Below, in pieces: positions 1-14,434 of a stretch of DNA of 64,000 nt (positions are counted from its first letter, which is position 1; each line of letters opens with the position of its first letter). The notes under the pieces were generated by a model. The model was not told the DNA's origin. It was given only the letters and a program-made list of their open reading frames with translations, and searched no databases. The stretch lies in assembly GCA_038087875.1 (NCBI GenBank), contig CM075993.1:2482001-2546000 (forward strand). The letters run 5' to 3'. Made by a program: the position numbers and the translations under genes. The stretch comes from Malacoraja senta. Its lineage: Eukaryota.

Positions 1-200
1 GCAGCAGGTTGCCGAAGATTTTCAACATGTTGAGAATCCAGCGGCGACCAGAAATAGGCACGACTCTTGAGCGACTACTCACGCTTCACCCCGCGGCCGC
101 GACTGGTTTGGAGAACTAGGAAGGGGGAGGGATAGAGAGAGAGGGAAGCCAAGGGTCACTTGAAGTTAGAGAAGTCAATATTCATACTGCTGGGGTGTAA

Positions 201-656
201 AGGGCCTGTCCCACTTGGGCGTCATTTGCGCGTTGGACATTGTGCCTTCCCCCACAGTGGAAATCATTGTGGGGGGATGATTTTTGTATGTAATTGTTTG
301 TAATTGTATTTGTTAGTCTGTGTTCAAGATGGCGGTCGGAGGGGAGAGTGGACGCTGGCGTTAAATTGCCGCTGCTCTCTCCTCAAATTGTGCTTCTGAT
401 TTTCTTTTTTTTGTGTTTTTGGAAGGAATTCTGTCCCTGATTTATGTATTGGTCTTTATAACCAATTTTTTTAAAATTCTGATTATATGTTTTCTATAAA
501 TCTCTGTATGGTGTCCTTGAGACCTCGGTATAAGGCGCCCGTAAATAAAATCCATTATTATTATTATAGGCGGTCGCGCGCGGCACCCCAGGATGTACAA
601 AATCTTCGCGTGCCATCTGCGTGACGCGCAAATGACGGCCAAGTGGGACAGGCCCT
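201..656. mobile_element. PIF/Harbinger-like MITE with a nested retroposon fragment
   Basis: TIRs AGGGCCTGTCCCACTTGG / CCAAGTGGGACAGGCCCT. TAA TSD at 198-200 and 657-659. Confidence 0.75.
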
Positions 657-1869
657 TAAGCTGTCCAAGTGTATTGGTTTATTACTAATAAGAGTACAGA
701 GATACAAATAAAGATATTGTTTATATGTCACCCAGTCAAATCATACTGCACTTGTTCAATCAAGCCATGCGCAAGAATGAGGCAGGGATTATAATTTAGT
801 GACCCAACTCATCCATGTCGACTGACATGCCCCGTCTAACATAGAATATATAGAAGATGGAACAGCAAAGCACAAGAACAGACCCTTCAGCCCATAATGT
901 CTGTGCAAGACCAACACTTATCTGTCAGCACATAACCCATATCCCACCATTCACTGCATAGCTATAAGCGTACCCAAAATCGTTTAAATCCCACTAATGT
1001 ATCTGCTTCAACCATCACCCCTGGCAGTGTGTACCAGGCACACCTCAGTCTTGTGAAAAAAGACTTGCCTTACATCTTCAAACTTTAAACTTCAAGCAAG
1101 TCCAATTTTCCCACCTTTGGAAATTCCACACAGACAGAACCTGAGGTCAGGATTGAACCCAGGTCCCTGGCACCGTGAGACAGTAACTCTACTGCTGCGC
1201 CACTGTGCCGCCCTGATGTAAAACTTGTTACCCATTAACACCAGAACCCCTTCACAAGAGGACGACAGTGGCTTAAAATTGGGTTCATAAGTTCACAGTT
1301 CATAAATGATAGCAGAATTATGTCATTCAGCCCATCAAGTCTACTCCGCCATTCAATCATTGCTGATCTATCTCTCCCTCCTAACCCCATTCTCCTGCCT
1401 TCTCCCCGTAACCCCTGACACCCGTACTAATCAAGAATCTATCAATCTCTGCCTTAAAATTTTCCATTGATTTGGCCTCCACAGCCTTCTGTGGCACCAC
1501 TCTCTCAAGGGCAGTTGGGGATGAGGAATAAGCACTGGCTTCATCATCGATTCCCAAATCCTGCGAATGAATTGATGATAAAGACGTTAGATTGTCCTTA
1601 TAGAACAGAGTGTCCCTTGCCAGACCCGAGGCATGCCAAACGAAATCTACAGGGGGAAATGAAGATGACCAGAGTTGACAGTTCCATGGCTGGAGTGAAG
1701 ATCATATGTAAATCTGGCATTTAATCCCAGAATTATTCCAAGATATTGACCTTTATCTTGAATATTATGTTAAGAAAAAGGCTAGATAATTGCCTTCTGA
1801 ACTTTGAACCTGTGGCTGGAAAGTTTCGAAACTAAATAGCTATGAGGCAATTGCATATTTCGTTCTTTC

Positions 1870-2185
1870 GTTTTAGTTTTTAGTTTTAGAGATACAGCGC
1901 GGAAACAGGCTCTTCGGCCCACCGAGTCCGCACCGACCTGTGATCCCCACACATCAACACTGTCCTACACACACCAGGGACAATTTACACTTGTGCCAAG
2001 CCAATTAACCTACAAACCTTTTCTTCTTTGGAGTGAGGGAGGAAACCGAAGATCTCGGAGAAAACCCGCGCAGGTCACGGGGAGAACGTACAAACTTCGT
2101 GCAGACAAGCACCTGTAGTCAGGATCGAACCCGGGTCTCTGGTGCTGTAAGGCAGTAACTCTACCGCTATGCCACCGTGCCGCCC
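1870..2185 (-). mobile_element. tRNA-derived V-SINE (HE1-like)
   Basis: Minus-strand A/B-box head, conserved central domain, and LINE-like tail gggccgaag..cctgtttccgcgctgtatctctaaa. Confidence 0.8.
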
Positions 2186-2813
2186 AAGTTAACATGCGCA
2201 AGAAGCAAATTAGCATCAAAGAGGCCGATTTAGTTTTGTGCCAACAACCTTCATTCTACACTAGTGTTTTTTTTATTGATAAGAGGAATATTAACTGTGG
2301 ATATATAACTCTCGCCCCTCAAGAGAACCTCATTTCTCAGTGGTAAAGGTCATGGATTTGGTTAGTGTTCTTGCTTAGCTCGTGAGTGACTGCAACACAT
2401 CAAGACTGAAGGACGGTCTCGACCCGAAACGTCACCCATTCCTTCTCTCCAGAAACGCTGCCAGTCCCGCTGAGTTACTCCACGCATTTTGAGTCCACCT
2501 ACGGTATGTTCTTTGTACATATAGACCATTTCATACAATGGTGATTATTCACCTTCCAGTCTTTGGGACATGCCACAATATCCTCTTTACATGAGTTTAG
2601 TTCAGCACTCACCTTATTAAGCACATCTTACAGCCTTATAGTCGCACGTGTAATGCTGTCTAGGATGCTGCTACAGTACTGTGAAGTGTCACAAATTGGT
2701 GGAGTATTTCTAGGCTTCCCTCATTTATTAAGCACCTTAAAGCCCCAGTTCCCCTCGACGTTACAGTTGGACTGCTGGACCGCGGGAGGAGAACAAAGGG
2801 AAGAGATAAGACT

Positions 2814-3254
2814 GGAAAGACTGGATAGACTTGGTTTATACTCTCTAGAATTTAGGAGATTGAGAGGGGATCTTATAGAAACTTACAAAATTCTTAAGGG
2901 GGTTGGACAGGCTAGATGCAGGAAGATTGCTCCCGATGTTGGGGAAGTCCAGGACAAGGGGTCACAGCTTAAGGATAAGGGGGAAATCCTTTAAAACCGA
3001 GATGAGAAGAACTTTTTTCACACAGAGAGTGGTGAATCTCTGGAACTCTCTGCCACAGAGGGTAGTCGAGGCCAGTTCATTGGCTATATTTAAGAGGGAG
3101 CTAGATGTGGCCCTTGTGGCTAATGGGATCAGAGGGTATGGAGAGAAGGCAGGTACGGGATACTGAGTTGGATGATCAGCCATGATCATATTGAATGGCG
3201 GTGCAGGCTCGAAGGGCCGAATGGCCTACTCCTGCACCTAATTTCTATGTTTCT
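2814..3254 (+). mobile_element. 5'-truncated CR1-type LINE (ORF2 C-terminus and 3' UTR)
   Basis: ERLDRLGLYSLEFRRLRGDLIETYKIL...FFTQRVVNLWNSLP, with (TTTCTATG)n tail. TSD ATAAGACT at 2806-2813 and 3255-3262. Confidence 0.85.
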
Positions 3255-5002
3255 ATAAGACTTTGCTTTCCATCACAGTGCGGAGGTGTTGGAGATTCAC
3301 TGTGATGGATGTTTATGTAAACTGTGTTAAGTGTGGGTCTTGGTTTTTTTTGTAATGCAAGACTGTAGAAAATGCAATTTCGTTCATACCAAGCTGTTTG
3401 AATGACACTAAAAGGCATTCTATTCTATTCTATTCTATTCTAAACTCCCAATGACAATACCATAACGGCATTTAAAAGACACTTGGCCAAGTCCATTGTT
3501 AGGAAAGGTTTGGAGGGATATGGGCCAATCGCGGGCAAATGGGATAGGCTAAGATAAGGACACCAAGATAGCCAAAGTGCTGGAGTAACTCAACGGGTCA
3601 GGCAGCATCTCTGGAGAACACGGATTAGCAACATCTCGGATCGGAACCTCCAGGATTCCAAGTAGCATTCCACCAGGTGTTTCAGAGTTCCCCCTGAGTT
3701 CCTTATCTAAGCTAGAAGCAGGTAACTGCGGATGCCGGTTTACACAAAAGGATCAAAGTGCTGGAGTAACTCCGCGGTTCAGGCAGCATCACTGCAGGAC
3801 ACTCTTTGGAAGGACAATTTCATTTTGATCGGTTACATGAATTATTATTTGTCGTACAGCACAGAAACAGACTCTTCAGCCATGCACGTCCCTGCTGACC
3901 AACATGCCTCATCTAAGCTGGTCCCATTTGCCCGTGTTTGGCCCATATTCCTCTAAACCTTTTAAACAGGGCGAAGAAGGGTCCTGTGCTGAAAAGTCAC
4001 CTATCTATTTTCTCAAGTAGCTTGACCCATTGAGTTATTCCAGCACTTTGTAAGTATCATTGGTGTAAACCAGCATCTCTCATTACATTTTAACTGCTCT
4101 ACTGTAAGTCTCTTCAGGCTATGCCTACTTTGATGAAGTTCTTCCCTCTCCAACGAGAATCTGAAGAAGGGTCCCGACCCGACCCGACACGTCACCTATC
4201 CATTTTCACCAGAGATGCTGCCTGACCCGCTGAGTGACTCCAGTATTTTGTGTCTATCTTTGGTATAAACCAGCATCTGCAGTTCCTTTTTATTACATTC
4301 CATCTGAACTTTTCCTATCCAAATCTACTGACGCAGCGCTGGGATTTGAACTGGGGTTTTTTGAACTGGGGGTTTCTTCATTGTACTGCAGATGCTGGTT
4401 TTACACCGAAGATAGACACAAAACTGCTGGAGTAGTAACTCGCGGGACGCGGCAGCGTCTCTGGATGTGGGTGATGGAATGGGTGACGTTTTGGGTCGAG
4501 ACCCTTCTTCAGACTTCATTGTTGATCTTAGCACATGGAGACTGGTCCAATAATGTAACCATATTGCTACCCCTGCAAGTGACTCTACACCCACCAACAT
4601 TGTTGAACCTTCAGTTAGATTTAGTTTAGAGGAACAGCATGGAAACAGGCCCTTCGGCCCACCGAGTCCATGCCGACCATCGAGCACTCGTTCATACTAG
4701 TTCTACTTCATCCACTTTCTCATCTACTCCCTACGCACTAGGGGCTATTGATAGAAGGGCAATGTGAACCTGCAAACCGACAGGTCTTTGGGATGTGGGA
4801 GGAAACCGGAGTACCTGGAGGAAACCCACGCGATCACAGGAAAAACGTGCGAGCTCCACACAGACAGTACGCGAGGTCAGGATCAAACACGGGTCTCTGG
4901 CGCTGTGAGGTGGAGGCTCTACCAGATGCACCACCTGCTCGTGAAGTCCAATCCGCGCCATTGTGTAAGACTGTTAACGCTATGGTCTGCTGTCTTTCAC
5001 AG

Positions 5003-5354
<352 letters not shown>

Positions 5355-5729
5355 TAGTTCACGTTACCTTACCTTACCTTATATTACCTTACATTACCTT
5401 ACCTTAATTTAGTTTAGCATAGGTCTCCCTGTTGGGACCCAATTTGGATTTCAGGTTCTGTCTGAAGAAAGGACTCGAACTGAAGGACACTATTGTGTTT
5501 CTTATTTTCTTTTGGTGCTCTTGAAATTGAATTCTGTCCTTGATTTGTGTACTGTGGTGTTTTTATATTTAATTTATTCCGATTATGTGTTTTGTATTTT
5601 TTTGTGATTCTATGCATTGTAAGGTGTCCTTGGATTTTAGAAAGTCGCCAGTAAATAAAATGATTATTATTATTATTATTATTATTATTATCCATGTTCT
5701 CTAGTGAAGTTGCCTGACCCCATCTTTAA

Positions 5730-6340
5730 AAAAATATATATATTTTTATTAGAAGCAAACATATTATAAAGTATAGTTACATATCATAGTAAAAAAAAAC
5801 TTTTCATATACATCAATCATACATTATTAACATTTTCAATTGTCGATTAATTCTGCTTCTAGTGTTTTTTTATATAGATAGAAAGAGAGAGAGAAAGAGA
5901 GAAGAAAGAATTACAAATATCAAAAAAGAGAAAAGGTGGAATTAATTACTTATTCATTGGAGATTAGGTTCGTAGATTATGAAGTATAATTTTTCATCTA
6001 ATCCTGAGTTCAAGCTTCAGTTGGGTTTTCGTGCTGGGCTCTCAATTGGATCCCTTCAAATAGTTAATGAATGGAGCCCATATTTTAACAAAAAGTTCTT
6101 GTTTGTCCATTAAGACAAGTCTAATTCTTTCTAGATGTAGGGTCTCCGACATTTCCACAATCCACATTATAATTGTGGGGGTTGTAGGGCCTTTCCAAAA
6201 TTTTAATATTTAATTTTTTTCCCAGTTATTATACTGTAGTCGAGGAAGTTTCTTTGGCTTGTTGTGAGTGTTAAACTTTGTTCTGATATCCCAAGTATTA
6301 TTAATTTTTGAGTCTAGATCCAATTTAGTATTAACAACTT
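5730..6340 (-). mobile_element. L1-type LINE 3' fragment
   Basis: Minus strand reads ILKFWKGPTTPTIIMWIVEMSETLHLERIRLVLMDKQELFVKIWAPFINYL (fish L1 ORF2 C-terminus), with AATAAA/A-rich end near 5745. Confidence 0.7.
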
Positions 6341-8791
6341 CAGATGACCCATCTGAGTTACTCCAGCAATACGTGTCCTCTGGTTTGTTTAGTTCAGTTT
6401 AGATTAGGTTTGAGATACTGCATGGGAATAGGCACTTTGGCCCAGAGTCCACACTGGCCATTGATCACCTAGTTCTATGTTAATCCATTACTCATCCGTT
6501 CCTCACACACTAAGGGCAATTTACAGAGGGCCTTTGGGACGTGGGAGGAAACCGGAGCACCCGGAGGAAACTCATGCAGTCACAGGCAGAACATGCAAAC
6601 TCCACACAGAAAGCACCCAAGGTCAGGATCGAGCCTGGGTCTCTGGTGCTCTGAGACGGCAGTTCTACCAGCTGTGCCATTGTGCCACCCTTCTCTGCAT
6701 CTCTTGCCCCCTTCAGAATCTTAATGGTTTCATAAAATGATCAGGATTTAACCCAGGTCTCTGGCGCTGTGTGGCACAAACCTTGTTATTATTACTATTC
6801 CAATGTTTAGAGGACATTTGGACAGCTAGAAACATTTTAGATGGACGTAGGCCAAACAGGCAAATGAAATATATGCAGATGCTGGTATGCGCCAAAGTGC
6901 TGGAGTAACTCAGTGGGTCAGGCAGCATCTCTGGAGAAAAAGGATGGGTGACGTTTCGGGTTGGGTCCCTTTCTTCAGACTGAAGAAAGTTCCTGACCTG
7001 AAACATCACCCACCCTTTTTCTCCAGAGATGCTGCCTGACCCGCTGAGTTACTCCAGCACTTGGTGTCCATCTTAGGCAAAAATTAAACAGCTTGGATAG
7101 ACATCTTGGTCAGCATGAAGGAGTTGGGCCAAAGGGCCTGTATCTCTGCTGTGTATAACTCCATGGCTGTATCAATACTGAATAGCAAGACTCTGCTCCT
7201 AAACCTGATACTAATGCTGTCAGCTTTACTTGCAAACGTATTCTGGATTCAATATCGTGTAAAACCGTGATGTACAATAGATACTTGGGAGTGAATACCA
7301 GTCTGTAATCTAATCAAGGGTTCCATTATTGTCAGAAGCTGTGAGAATGTCCTCAACTCAGAGATTATGTTCTTTTTAAATTGCCTTCAGGTTATCTGTG
7401 CCAAACACAACACAGCCCGTTCAATGGAAAGTTGCTGTTGTTTCATGTGCTCGGTATTCATTTGTGTTCCAATGTGTTTTCTGCATTGTGACAATTCGTG
7501 TGGTGTGCTGAGGGCCTGATTATTTCACTGATCTTTGCTACAATGGATCCAGGGATCGAGGACTTCTGAAGGAAGGTTAGACTGGAGAAGTTGGGCCTAT
7601 TTTTTTGTTGTTGTAGCAACAAAAGGTGAGAGGAGTGTGCGAGAAGGAAATGCTGGTTTACGCCGAAGACCGACGCAAAACGCTGGAATAACTCAGCGGG
7701 TCAAGCAGCATCTCTGGAGAGCGTTTCTCTGCGTGACCCGCTGAGTTACTCCAGCAAGCTTGAGAGGAAGTTTGACGTACGTTGGTTATGTTGACAAGAA
7801 GTTCAGTTCCCATTGGAAAATCAGCCAGGAACAGAGGGTGGCATGGTGGCACAGCGGTAGAGTTGCTGCCTTACAGTGCCAGAGACCTGGGTTCGATCCT
7901 GACTATGGGCTCTGTCCGTACGAAGTTTGTACATTCTGTCCATGACCACGTGGGTTTTCTCCGGGTGCTCCGGTTTCCTCCAACACTCCAAAGACGTCCA
8001 GGCTTGCAGGTTAATTGGCTTCTCTAAATTGCAAATTGTCCCTAGTGTGTGTGGGATAGAATTAGTGTATGGGCTGATTGCAGGTCAGCATGGACTCGGT
8101 GGGCCGAAGGGCCTGTTTCCATGCTGTATGTCTGAAGTCTAACGTCTAAGCAAACTGGGCACAAATTTGAAATTTCGGGCAATAGACACAAAGTAGGTTT
8201 AGTTTGGTTTAGAGAGACGGCGCGGAAACAGGGCCTTCGGCCCACCTAGTCCGCACCGACCAGCGATCCCTTAGATGTGAAGTTTTCTTTGCTCACAGGG
8301 TAGTTAAGGTGTGGCACTCACTGTTTGGGTGATGGGACCAAAATCATTCAGAACCTTCAACGAGGAGTGAGGCAATGAAGATTAAGTAAGTTGCAAGACT
8401 GTGTTGGGATTGCCCTGCTAGGAGCTAGCACACAGTTGATGGGCCGAAGGACCTCCAGTTGTACGATTCTACAGATATTTGCTTTGTAAATTAGTTATGG
8501 AGAATTCTATGGCTGCTACTTATAAAAGATTAGACAGCAAGAATTAAAATCAGCATTATTAATGTTGGTGCCACACGCAACAATTGACAATGATTAGAAT
8601 CATTTGCATTTATATAGCACGTTTAATGTCAAAAGTGACAAAAATAGACACTTATGGCAAGCTACAGAAGTCGTATTAGAACACAGAAACTCGAACAGTA
8701 CAACATAGAAACAGACCTTTTGGCTGAAAGAGTTTGTGCTGAACATGATGTCCAGATAAACGAGTCTCGTCCATGTTCACCAGAGATGCTG

Positions 8792-9036
8792 TTTAAGAAG
8801 GAACTGCAGATGCTGGAAAATGGAAGGTAGACAAAAGTGCTGGAGAAACTCAGCGGGTGCAGCAGCATCTATGGAGCGAAGGAAATAGGCAACGTTTCGG
8901 GCCGAAACCCTGAAGGAAATAGGCAACGTTTCGGGACGAAACCCGGAAGGAAATAGGCAACGTTTCGGGACGAACCCCTTCTTCAAACGATAGATGCTGC
9001 TGCACCCGCTGAGTTTCTCCAGAACTTTTGTCTTCC
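8792..9036. mobile_element. Palindromic Penelope-derived short element
   Basis: Inverted arms of the PLE terminal repeat. 16-bp TSD TTCACCAGAGATGCTG at 8776-8791 and 9037-9052. Confidence 0.7.
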
Positions 9037-9133
9037 TTCACCAGAGATGCTGCCTAAAGATCAAGAACCAGAGGTCATACGGTGTAGGTGAGGGGGGGCG
9101 GGGGGGGGGGGGGGGGAGATTTAATGGGAACCT

Positions 9134-9409
9134 TTTTTTTTTTCTTTTTTTTTTTTCCGTAAATGTTTTTTTTATTAGATTTTTAAACAAATGTACAATT
9201 TACAAGGAAGGGTAGAAAGCTCACACAATTTAAAAAACATTTACACAAAACTATCAAATTAAAATATGAACATTTTTATCTATAATATATTCAACCTCCT
9301 GCGGTGACCAGCGTTCACAGAAGGCCTCCACAGTCCCCGTGGACACCGCGTGTTCCCTCTCTAGGGACACGCGGGCACGGACGTAACCCCGGAAAAGGGG
9401 CAGGCAGCC
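9134..9409 (-). mobile_element. Tx1-clade LINE 3' end inserted in a CR1 fragment
   Basis: GCLPLFRGYVRARVSLEREHAVSTGTVEAFCERW and a poly-A tail (poly-T at 9134-9157). 15-bp TSD ATTTAATGGGAACCT at 9119-9133 and 9410-9424. Confidence 0.75.
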
Positions 9410-9654
9410 ATTTAATGGGAACCTAAGGAGTGGCTTTTTCACACAAAATGTTGGATGTATGGAATGAGCTGCCAGAGGAGGTAGTTGAGGCAGGGACTAT
9501 CGCAATGTTTAAGAAACTTGTGGACAGGTACATGGATAGAACAGATTTAGAGGGATATGGGCCAAACGCAGGCAGGTGGGACTAGCGTAGATGGGGCATG
9601 TTGGTCGGTGTGGGCAAGTTGGGCTGAATGGCCTGTTTCCACCCTGTGAGACAA

Positions 9655-10040
9655 TAGACAATAGACAATAGGTGCAGGAGTAAGCCATTTGGCCCTTCGA
9701 GCCAGCACCGCCATTCAATGTGATCATGGCTGATCATCCCCAATCAGTACCCCGTTCCTGCCTTCTCCCCATATCCCCTGACTCCGCTATTTTTAAGAGC
9801 CCTATCTAGCTCTCTCTTGAAAAAGCATCCAGAGAACCTGCCTCCACCGCCCTCTGAGGCAGAGAATTCCACAGACTCACAACTCTCTGTGAGAAAAAGT
9901 GTTTCCTCGACTCCGTTCTAAATGGCTTACTCCTTATTCTTAAACTGTGGCCCCTGGTTCTAGACTCCCCCAACATCGGGAACATGTTTCCTGCCTCTAA
10001 CGTGTCCAAGCCCTTAACAATCTTATATGTTTCAATGTTT
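9655..10040 (-). mobile_element. CR1-type LINE 3' fragment
   Basis: MFPMLGESRTRGHSLRIRSKPFRTE..FFSQRVVSLWNSLP with (TCTATTG)n tail. Confidence 0.8.
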
Positions 10041-10969
10041 ATAGACTCTATGAGTCTATCTGTAGTATTCTTTACCTACAATGTATAGAACAGTAACTAA
10101 TTCAAAAGATAGACACAAAATGCAGGAGTAACTCAGCGGGACAGGTAGCATCTCTGGAGAGAAGGAAGAGGTGATGTTTTGGGTCGACACCCTTCTTCGG
10201 GCCTGTCCCGCTGAGTTACTTCAGCTTTTTTTGTCCATCTTTGGTTTAAACCAGCATCTGCAGTTCCTTCTAACACAGTAACTAAGCCGACCACCGGTGC
10301 TTCTTACTGCAGTGGTTTGAGGAGGACGGACAATCTTCTTTTGTGCTGACAAGTACTGTAGTCATTAACAGTTGATTAGACAGCCTAGTTGCCGACCCCT
10401 GCCACTTGCCAAGTCCCGTCACTGCAAGTCTCTGGTGGAGACGAGGGCTGCAGTGAACTTGTTGACAGAATTCTCGTCGGTGCTCAGTTGAAGAAGTGGG
10501 ACAATTCTTTGACGAGTGAAAATTAAACTGTTGCGAACTCTGCTACTCGGATTTTGGATGAGTTTTATTTTTGTTTAGTTTAGAGATACAGCGCGGAAAC
10601 AGGGCCTTTACTGAAGCCAATTAGCCTACAAACCTGCAGGCCTTTGGAGTGTGGGAGGAAACCGGAGCACCCGGGGAAAACCCACGCAGGTCACGGGGAG
10701 AACGTACAAACTCCGTACAGACAGCACCCGTAGTCAGGATCGAACCCGGGTCTCTGGCGCTGTGAGGCAGCAACTCTACCGCTGCGCCACCGTGCTGCAC
10801 AAGTTTTATTAGTAACACAGGGCGGCACAGTGGCGCAGCAGTAGAGTTTCTGCCGCACAAATGCCAGAGACTGACTACGGGTGTTGTCCCGCTGAGTTAC
10901 TCCAGCATTTTGTGTCTTTTGCCATGGTTTGATTTGAAGGAAAGCACATTGAGGCTCGCCAAAGGGTGA

Positions 10970-11485
10970 CCAGAGTGTAGAAGTTGGGAGGTCATGTTGC
11001 AGTTGTTTAAGACGTTGGGGAGTCCGCATTTAGAATATTGTGTTCAGTTCTGGGCACCAGGTTATAGGAAAGATATTGTCAAGCTTGAAAGGGTTCCGAA
11101 AAAATTTAAGAGGCCAGGTCTCGAGGGGGTGAGTTATAGGGAGAGGTTGAGTAGGCTGGGTCTCTATGCCTTGGAGCGCAGGAGGATGAGGGGTGATCTC
11201 ACAGAGATGTACAAAATCATGAGAGGAATAGATCGGGTAGATGCACAGAGTCTCTTTTTCACACAAAGTGGTGGTGGGTGCATGGAACAAGCTGCCAGAG
11301 GGGGTAGTTGAGGCTGGGACTATCCCAACGTTTAAAAAACAGTTAGACAGGTACATGGATAGGACAGATTTGGAGGGATATGGACCAAGCACAGGCAGGT
11401 GGGACTATAGCTGGGACATGTTGGCCGGTGTGGACAAGTTGGGCCGAAGGGCCTGTTTCCACACAGTATCACTCTATGACTCTAA
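10970..11485 (+). mobile_element. CR1-type LINE 3' fragment (second subfamily)
   Basis: [26 protein letters not shown]...RRRMRGDLTEMYKIMRGIDRVD. Confidence 0.8.
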
Positions 11486-11820
11486 AGGCACCCCTAGGTG
11501 TGTTCTGAATACGCAAACATCTCCTTTTGTATAACTGAAGACTTCTTCCATACAGAATATATTTCTGCATTCTCAGCATGGAGAATCTTGATTTTTAAGT
11601 TTTTTTTGGTCCCATTTTCAAGTCCAAGAATCACACAATTAATTTGTGGAAATCATTCTCCCTTTTCCCCTCTGTTTCCCTCTGCACAGATGCTGCCTGG
11701 CTTGCCGAGTGATTCCAACATTTTCTGATTTGATTTCAGATTTTCCAGCAAGTTCTCATGTTCATATCGATGAAAATATTTTCTTTCTCACATTGGAAAT
11801 TGTGCCCATTCTTGACAGTG

Positions 11821-12126
11821 TAAGTCAAGACAAGTCAAGTCAATTTTATTTCTATAGCACATTTAAAAATAACTCTCGTTGACCAAAGTGCTTTACATCA
11901 GTGCAGGTACTAACATGCTACAAACAGTGGTACATAGATCTAACAATACATACATAAATACATATATACAGCGCTCCCTCAGAGGACCTCAAGAAATGCT
12001 TGTGAGTAGAAATAAGTTTTAAGTCTAGACTTAAAAGAGTTGATGGAGGGGGCAGTTCTGATGGGAAGAGGGATACTGTTCCATAGTCTAGGAGCTGCAA
12101 CCGCAAAAGCGCGGTCGCCCCTGAGC
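11821..12126 (-). mobile_element. L2-type LINE 3' fragment
   Basis: Minus strand reads AFAVAAPRLWNSIPLPIRTAPSINSFKSRLKTYFY with (GACTT)n tail. A second copy lies at about 59909-60137. Confidence 0.7.
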
Positions 12127-12894
12127 TGACTTTTATGCGAGTGGATAAAAGTCTAGAGGGCATCGTTTTAAGGTGAGAGGGGCAAGGTTGATAGGAGTTG
12201 TGCAGGGCATGGGTGTGCAGAGAGTGGCGGCTGCCTGGAACATTCCTAACTGTCACTGTGTGTCATGTTGTCACTTGCGGGCGGAGCACCAAGGCAAATT
12301 CCTTGTATGTGAATACTTGGCCAATAAACGTATTCACTCATTTTATACGGTGGGATATGGATCGCGTGCAGGCAGAGGAGATTACTTTAACTTGCCATCT
12401 TGTTCGGCACGGACCTTGTGGGCCGAATGGCCTGTTCCAATGCTGTAGTATTCCATATTTCAATTTTTTGCTCTGATCCACCTGCCTTGAACTTGTGTTG
12501 TGGGTGAAGTTGTCGCCTCCAGCTTTGTAAAAACTGTAAAAACTGAAATGTGTAAACTTAGCCAAGTTGACATTATTCCCTAAAGAAGCAAAGGTTTCAT
12601 CAATGGGGAATGCAGAACCTTAAACAAACCATTGTATTCTCTTCATTGCACTAATGTTGTATGGCATTGTAGACCTGATTTATTTTTGACTCGCGATGGA
12701 GTGAGAATTCCCGGGCCTACTTCATCTGACGCTACTTCAAAAGCCTGTGTGAAGATTTGCTTTGTGAAGCTCTCCTTTTATTGAGCTATTCCCAGTGAAG
12801 CCTTCACCACAAAAGGCTGCAAACCACTCGTGCTTGTATATATATACCTGGTTGTGTGCAGAAGAGTAGTATCTATCAGCTTACAGATCCCTAA

Positions 12895-13223
12895 AGGGCC
12901 TGTCCCACTTATGCGACTTTTTCAGCGACTGCTGGCACCCGTCATAGGTCGTTGCAGGTTGCCGAAAATGTTCAACATGTTGAAAATTCAGCGGCGACCA
13001 GAAAAACGCTACGACTCTTTGGGTGAGTGAGGAGACTACTCACGACCATACAGGCGACATGTCTCGGGGTGAAGCCTGTATGGTCGTGAGTAGTCGCCCA
13101 AAGAGTCGTACCTTGTTCTGTTCGCCCCTGGATTTTCAACATGTTGAAAACTTTTGGTGACCTGCTGCGGCTATGACGGGTGCCGGCAGTCGCCAAAAAT
13201 ATCGCGTAAGTGGGACAGGCACT
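12895..13223. mobile_element. PIF/Harbinger-like MITE (family 2)
   Basis: TIRs AGGGCCTGTCCCACTTA / TAAGTGGGACAGGCACT with TAA/TTA flanks. The palindromic interior is also seen at 1-100 and 27880-28125. Confidence 0.7.
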
Positions 13224-13277
13224 TTACTCACTCAATGGGCTTGCAAAGGAATGATGTGAAGTTCTCTACCACAGAAT

Positions 13278-13976
13278 TGAAAGTAGGCATGCAGGTGCAG
13301 CAGGCAGTGAAGAAGGCGAATGGTATGTTGGCCTTCATAGCAAGAGGATTTGAGTATAGGAGCAGGGAGGTTCTACTGCAGTTGTACAGGGTCTTGGTGA
13401 GACCACACCTGGAGTATTGCGTACAGTTTTGGTCTCCTAATCTGAGGAAGGACATTATAGCCATAGAGGGAGTGCAGAGAAGGTTCACCAGACTGATTCC
13501 TGGGATGTCAGGACTTTCATATGAAGAAAGACTGGATAGACTTGGCTTATACTCGCTAGAATTTAGGAGATTGAGAGGGGATCTTATAGAAACGTACAAA
13601 ATTCTTATGGGGTTGGACAGGCTAGATGCAGGAAGATTGTTCCTGATGTTGGGGAAGTCCAGGACAAGGGGTCACAGCTTAAGGATAAGGGGAAAATCCT
13701 TTAAGACCGAGATGAGGAAAAACTTTTTCACACAGAGAGTGGTGAATCTCTGGAACTCTCTGCCACAGAGGGTAGTTGAGGCCAGTTCATTGGCTATATT
13801 TAAGAGGGAGTTAGATGTGGCCCTTGTGGCTAAAGGGATCAGGGGGTATGGAGTGAAGGCAGGTACGGGATACTGAGTTGGATGATCAGCCATGATCATA
13901 TTGAATGGCGGTGCAGGCTCGAAGGGCCGAATGGCCTACTCCTGCACTTATTTTCTATGTATCTATGTATCTATGT
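13278..13976 (+). mobile_element. CR1-type LINE, long 3' fragment with open ORF2 C-terminus
   Basis: [49 protein letters not shown]...GTGY* (stop 13876) and (CTATGTAT)n tail. Confidence 0.9.
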
Positions 13977-14434
13977 AGAAGCCAATGAACACCCATCAGG
14001 GGAGTATTTTCAAAATTTACCCTGATAGATTTTTGAACATGGCGAATACAGGGATATGTTTTTAGGATGGGGAGATCAACAATGATAGAGACAAAAATGC
14101 TGGAGTAACTCAGCGGGACAGGCAGCATCTCTGAAGAGAAGGAATGGGTGACGTTTTGGGTCAAAACCCTTCTTCAGATCAACAATGATCTTCTGGTAAG
14201 ATAGAACGGAATCAAGGAGTCAAACAGATAACTCTGGTTGAAACCCTTCTTCAGACCCGACCCGAAACGTCACCTATTCCTTCGCTCCTTAGATGCTGCC
14301 TCACCCAATGAGTTTCTCCAGCATTTTTGTCTACCTTCGATTTTTCCAGCATCTGCAGTTCCTTCTTAAACAGATAACTCTGTTCTGTTTAGTTTATTGT
14401 CACTTGCACCAAGGTACGATGAAAAGCATTTGTT

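Noticed and set aside
13154..13876. 240-aa ORF as a host gene
   Set aside because: CR1 ORF2 C-terminal fragment with a fortuitous upstream extension through a MITE.
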